From: Callorhinchus milii
Lineage: Eukaryota
DNA length: 64,000 nucleotides
Direction: 5' to 3'
Assembly: GCF_018977255.1 (NCBI RefSeq)
Contig: NW_024704768.1
Location: 2,790,001-2,854,000 of the forward strand
In this document: piece after piece, positions 60,756-64,000 of the stretch
Position numbering within the stretch: the stretch's first letter is position 1
Layout: every line of letters starts with the position of its first letter
Notes under the pieces: model-generated
The model's input: the letters and a program-made list of their open reading frames with translations, nothing else
Database searches by the model: none
What the model was told of the DNA's origin: nothing
Made by a program: the position numbers and the translations under genes

Positions 60756-63700
60756 TTGTATCTCACCTCCACACCTGATAGACCAGCAGGTTAACTTATC
60801 CACCCGGGTACGCTGCTGTTATTAGAACACGCTGGTGGATTTAATCCAGTTCAATTGCAACGCTTCAAAACTCTTTGATCGCTGTTGCAATCGCGTTCCT
60901 ACTCGGACTGTATCCTGCACAGCCGGACGCAGTCAGTCTGGGGTTGGCGGTGGCGGCGGCGGTGGTGGTGGAGAGGGGGCCGGGGAGGTGCGGGGGTATC
61001 TGAAGCTGGGGATAATGGGGGTGGGACCGACCGAGCGAGCTTGTGATCAGGGTGCTGTTTGCACAGGTGGGACGCTGAGCTGAGCATCAGACAGTCGGTG
61101 GAGATGGACATCAACGCTCTCCGCAAACAAATCGACGACAACAACATAGGGCGCCTGCACCTGGAGAGCGAGATCGAGTCACTGAAAGAGGAACTCATTT
61201 ACATCCGCAAGAACCACGATGAGGTAAAGGCAACGCGGTAATGGCGGGCGGTGGAGGGCGCGCGGTGACAGACAGCCGACACCTCTCCATTTGTTCCCCG
61301 CTCTAAACAAACAGTTTGGGAACTTAATGACTGAAATCTGACACCGAGTCCCCTGACAGGTTCCTCAGACCAGGATCCGTCCTTTCCCGCTGTGCTTTAA
61401 TTACCTGCCTGTTAGCACGGTAACTAAGGCAAGGCACAGTCACTACACTCGGCTAGAATCCCAGCGCTCCGCGACATAGCTCCGCCAAACCCTGGGCTAT
61501 GTCACGCTTTCTCACCCCCCCCCCCCCACCACCAATCTTTCTTGTGTCCTTGGACGTGTTCCTATGTAAACACAGGCGGAAAAGTGTGGATGCAATACGC
61601 ATTTCCATTTGCACGGCCCCCCCCCCCCCCCCTTCACACTGGGAGGGTGTCAAACAGGGTGGGCTGGGTGCCCAAGCTGAGGGGTGGGAGCCGAGAGGGA
61701 TGGGGAATAACAGATGACCAAAACGTGGTCAATCCGATGGACAGTCACAGGAGACGAACGCGCGCGTGCGTGTGTTTCAATCCTACAGGAAGTGAGAGCT
61801 CTCCAGGCGCAGATCGGAAGCTCCAGTGTGCAGGTGGAAGTGGATGCCGTGAAGGGAGTCGATCTTTCCAAGATGTTGGCCGATATCCGGGCGGAGTACG
61901 AGGGTCTGGCTCAGAAGAACAAGGACGATGCCGAGAACTGGTACAAGAAGAAGGTGAGCACGAGAGCGCGTGGGCTGAGGGCACATCTCATTTAAGATGA
62001 TGTGTTTATATATAAGAGGGCGACTACAACAACGACTTGCATTTATATAGCGATATAGCTCCCCTCACGCAGGGTAGCGGCCCAGAGCTCTTAGGTGGTG
62101 GGCGAGGGTGGGGTGGGGGGTGTTGCACGCGGAACAAATGGGACGTGCGGCCAAAAATGGTCACCAAGGCAGAATAATCTGCGTTCTGCTTTTAACGGGG
62201 AACCGGAGAGCTGTTCGTAAAGCAAAAGGCATCCAATTTCCTTTGGATGAGACGTCAAACCTCACGGCTGTCGGCGCGCAAATCGGCTGCCCCCGCTTGC
62301 CCACAAGGTACGCAGTCGCCGGCCTTCGCGGTGCGTCCGGTCGAGCACTTGGAGACGTCTCGACGACGTGATGAGGGGCTGATGAAAAGGGAAGGTGCTG
62401 GTAATCATCTCGAATCGTACGGGTTTTTATTGTTCCATCCAGGAATCGGAGAGGGGGGACTGATCGTTGGTCTTGGCGAGATTTTCCCTCCCCCCACACC
62501 CCCACCCCCCACCCCACCCTACCCCGCGATTTAATCGGTCTCTCTTGCCTTCGTGCTGCAGATGGAATCCCACACGATTGAAATGACCCAGAATGAGAAG
62601 GCAGTCGATGGGTTCAAGATCCAGATAACTGAACTACGCCGACAGGCTCAGGGCTTGGAGATTGAGTTGGAATCGCTGAGAAGCATGGTGAGCTTATTGA
62701 AAGCCCGAAATCCGCCCCGTCCCCCCCTCCGCCCGCCCGCCACCCCCGAAATTCCTCGTGATCTGAGCCTCCAGATCATTCCGCCTGCAAATTGAAGAGC
62801 ATCTCACGTTAACTCACTGTTAACTCGGACGCCATGTTGTCGCCATACGCGAAGCTGAGAGCTCCTCGTGGCTCTTCATGATCTTGAGGGTCAAGAGGAA
62901 CGAGTGGATGGTTTGTGAGGAGTAAACCCCTTAATCCCCCACTCCCCCCACCCCAAGCTATCAACTTGTCAGACTGAGCAAATTCATCATTTTTTCTTTC
63001 TTTCTTTCTTTTGTTTTTCTCAATTCCATCCAGAAAAACTCGCTGGAGAACAATCTGGAAGACACGGAGTTGAGATACCAAATAGAGCTGGATAAGTTAA
63101 ACGGCCAGTACGCCATGTATCAGCTCGAAATGGATAAGGTCAACCAAGAGATGCAACGCAAAGCCAACGAGTTCAACGCCCTGCTCAACGTCAAGATGAA
63201 GCTGGAGGTCGAGATCGCAACCTACAGACGTCTGCTTGGAGGGGAAGAGGAGTAAGTGAGACACTTTAGCTTAACGCCTCCGAAAAGGGCCCATTGCGAA
63301 ACAGAGGCCACTTACACGCTCCGCTGTTTGAGGAGAGACTCTCTCCTCTCTCCTCTCCCTTTCCCCCCTCGTGGCTGTTTGAAGGACGTCGCCGTTCGCG
63401 AATTGCCCGGTGGTCCTCCACTTCACTTGGAAACATCCTCCCGAGTGAAATGTCTTAACACTGGGATTGTTTTTCTTTTCCAGGAGGATCATGGAGACGA
63501 TCAAAGGTAAGATGAGTAAATCATTATAATGCTAATGCTAATAATAATTCATTGAAATGGTAATTGCTTTGAAAGTTTGGAGACCCCGTAGCGTTGTGGT
63601 GAGAGCGCTCTCCCCTCACAAGCGAGAGGACTTGGGTTCGATTCCCGGGCGGGACAGGACAGGGCGAAACCTTAGGCAAGTTTCCTTACTCCACGCACGC

Positions 63701-64000
63701 ACACCTCTCTTTACCAAGCAGTAAGTGGGAACCCGGTTGTTAGTCGATTGGCGGATGACTCCCCCACGATAGCAATCTCTCCAAAAAATTGGTTGCCGCT
63801 TTTCGTCCTCAAAGTCCGCGTTCGATCGCTTTAGGTGTACCCCGCGAAGTGCTTTGAGACGTCTCGAGGATGAGCTTCTCTTGCGATGCAAAGTGAGGGC
63901 TCGATTTGCTCACAGTTCGAATGTCCCTTTTTACAGAACCCGTAACTCAAACCATCGTAAAGACCATTGAGATCACCCAGCAGTTAGTCGACGGCAAAGT
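59362..64000 (+). CDS. Type I keratin (K18-like), truncated by window end
   Basis: Exons: 59362-59742 (381), 60514-60596 (83), 61067-61223 (157), 61789-61953 (165), 62562-62687 (126), 63034-63251 (218), 63484-63506 (23), 63937-end. Motifs [52 protein letters not shown], tail LVDGKV. The 165-nt exon 4 and the position next to type II genes are K18-like. Confidence 0.93.
63580..63892 (+). mobile_element. tRNA-derived SINE in intron 7 of the type I keratin
   Basis: gggttcgattcccggg...ggcaagtttccttactccac...gctttgagacgtctcga. Confidence 0.8.

Noticed and set aside
1-64000. CRISPR arrays, rRNA, prokaryotic operons
   Set aside because: Spliced vertebrate locus; recurring motifs are irregularly spaced SINE and LINE tails, not repeat-spacer arrays.

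Overview
Vertebrate genomic DNA containing a keratin gene cluster. It is most likely from a cartilaginous fish, inferred from tRNA/Deu-type SINEs plus dense L2 and CR1 LINE remnants. Four 9-exon type II keratin genes lie on the minus strand. Copies A (12298-16618) and B (20703-24999) are a near-identical tandem pair, each with frameshifting indels in this sequence. Copy C (36968-41411) is intact and nearly identical to A/B over most of exons 1-8, but has a different tail exon and 3' UTR. Copy D (51473-58824) is a strongly diverged paralog. Head-to-head with D, with only 537 bp between the start codons, is a K18-like type I keratin (59362 to the window end). Between them is a candidate bidirectional promoter of about 115 bp: two outward-facing TATA boxes around a palindromic CCAATTGG. 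All exon boundaries were read from GT/AG sites and match canonical keratin exon sizes. Main points of interest: the compact type II/type I divergent pair, a gene-conversion mosaic with different tails, single-base deletions in copy B at paralog-variant sites (possible consensus artefact), a 927-bp L2 5'-end insertion with a 60-bp flanking duplication and a fold-back junction, an ETS-site tandem repeat in intron 7, and an unclassified dispersed repeat. Repeat coordinates are approximate and were read by eye.
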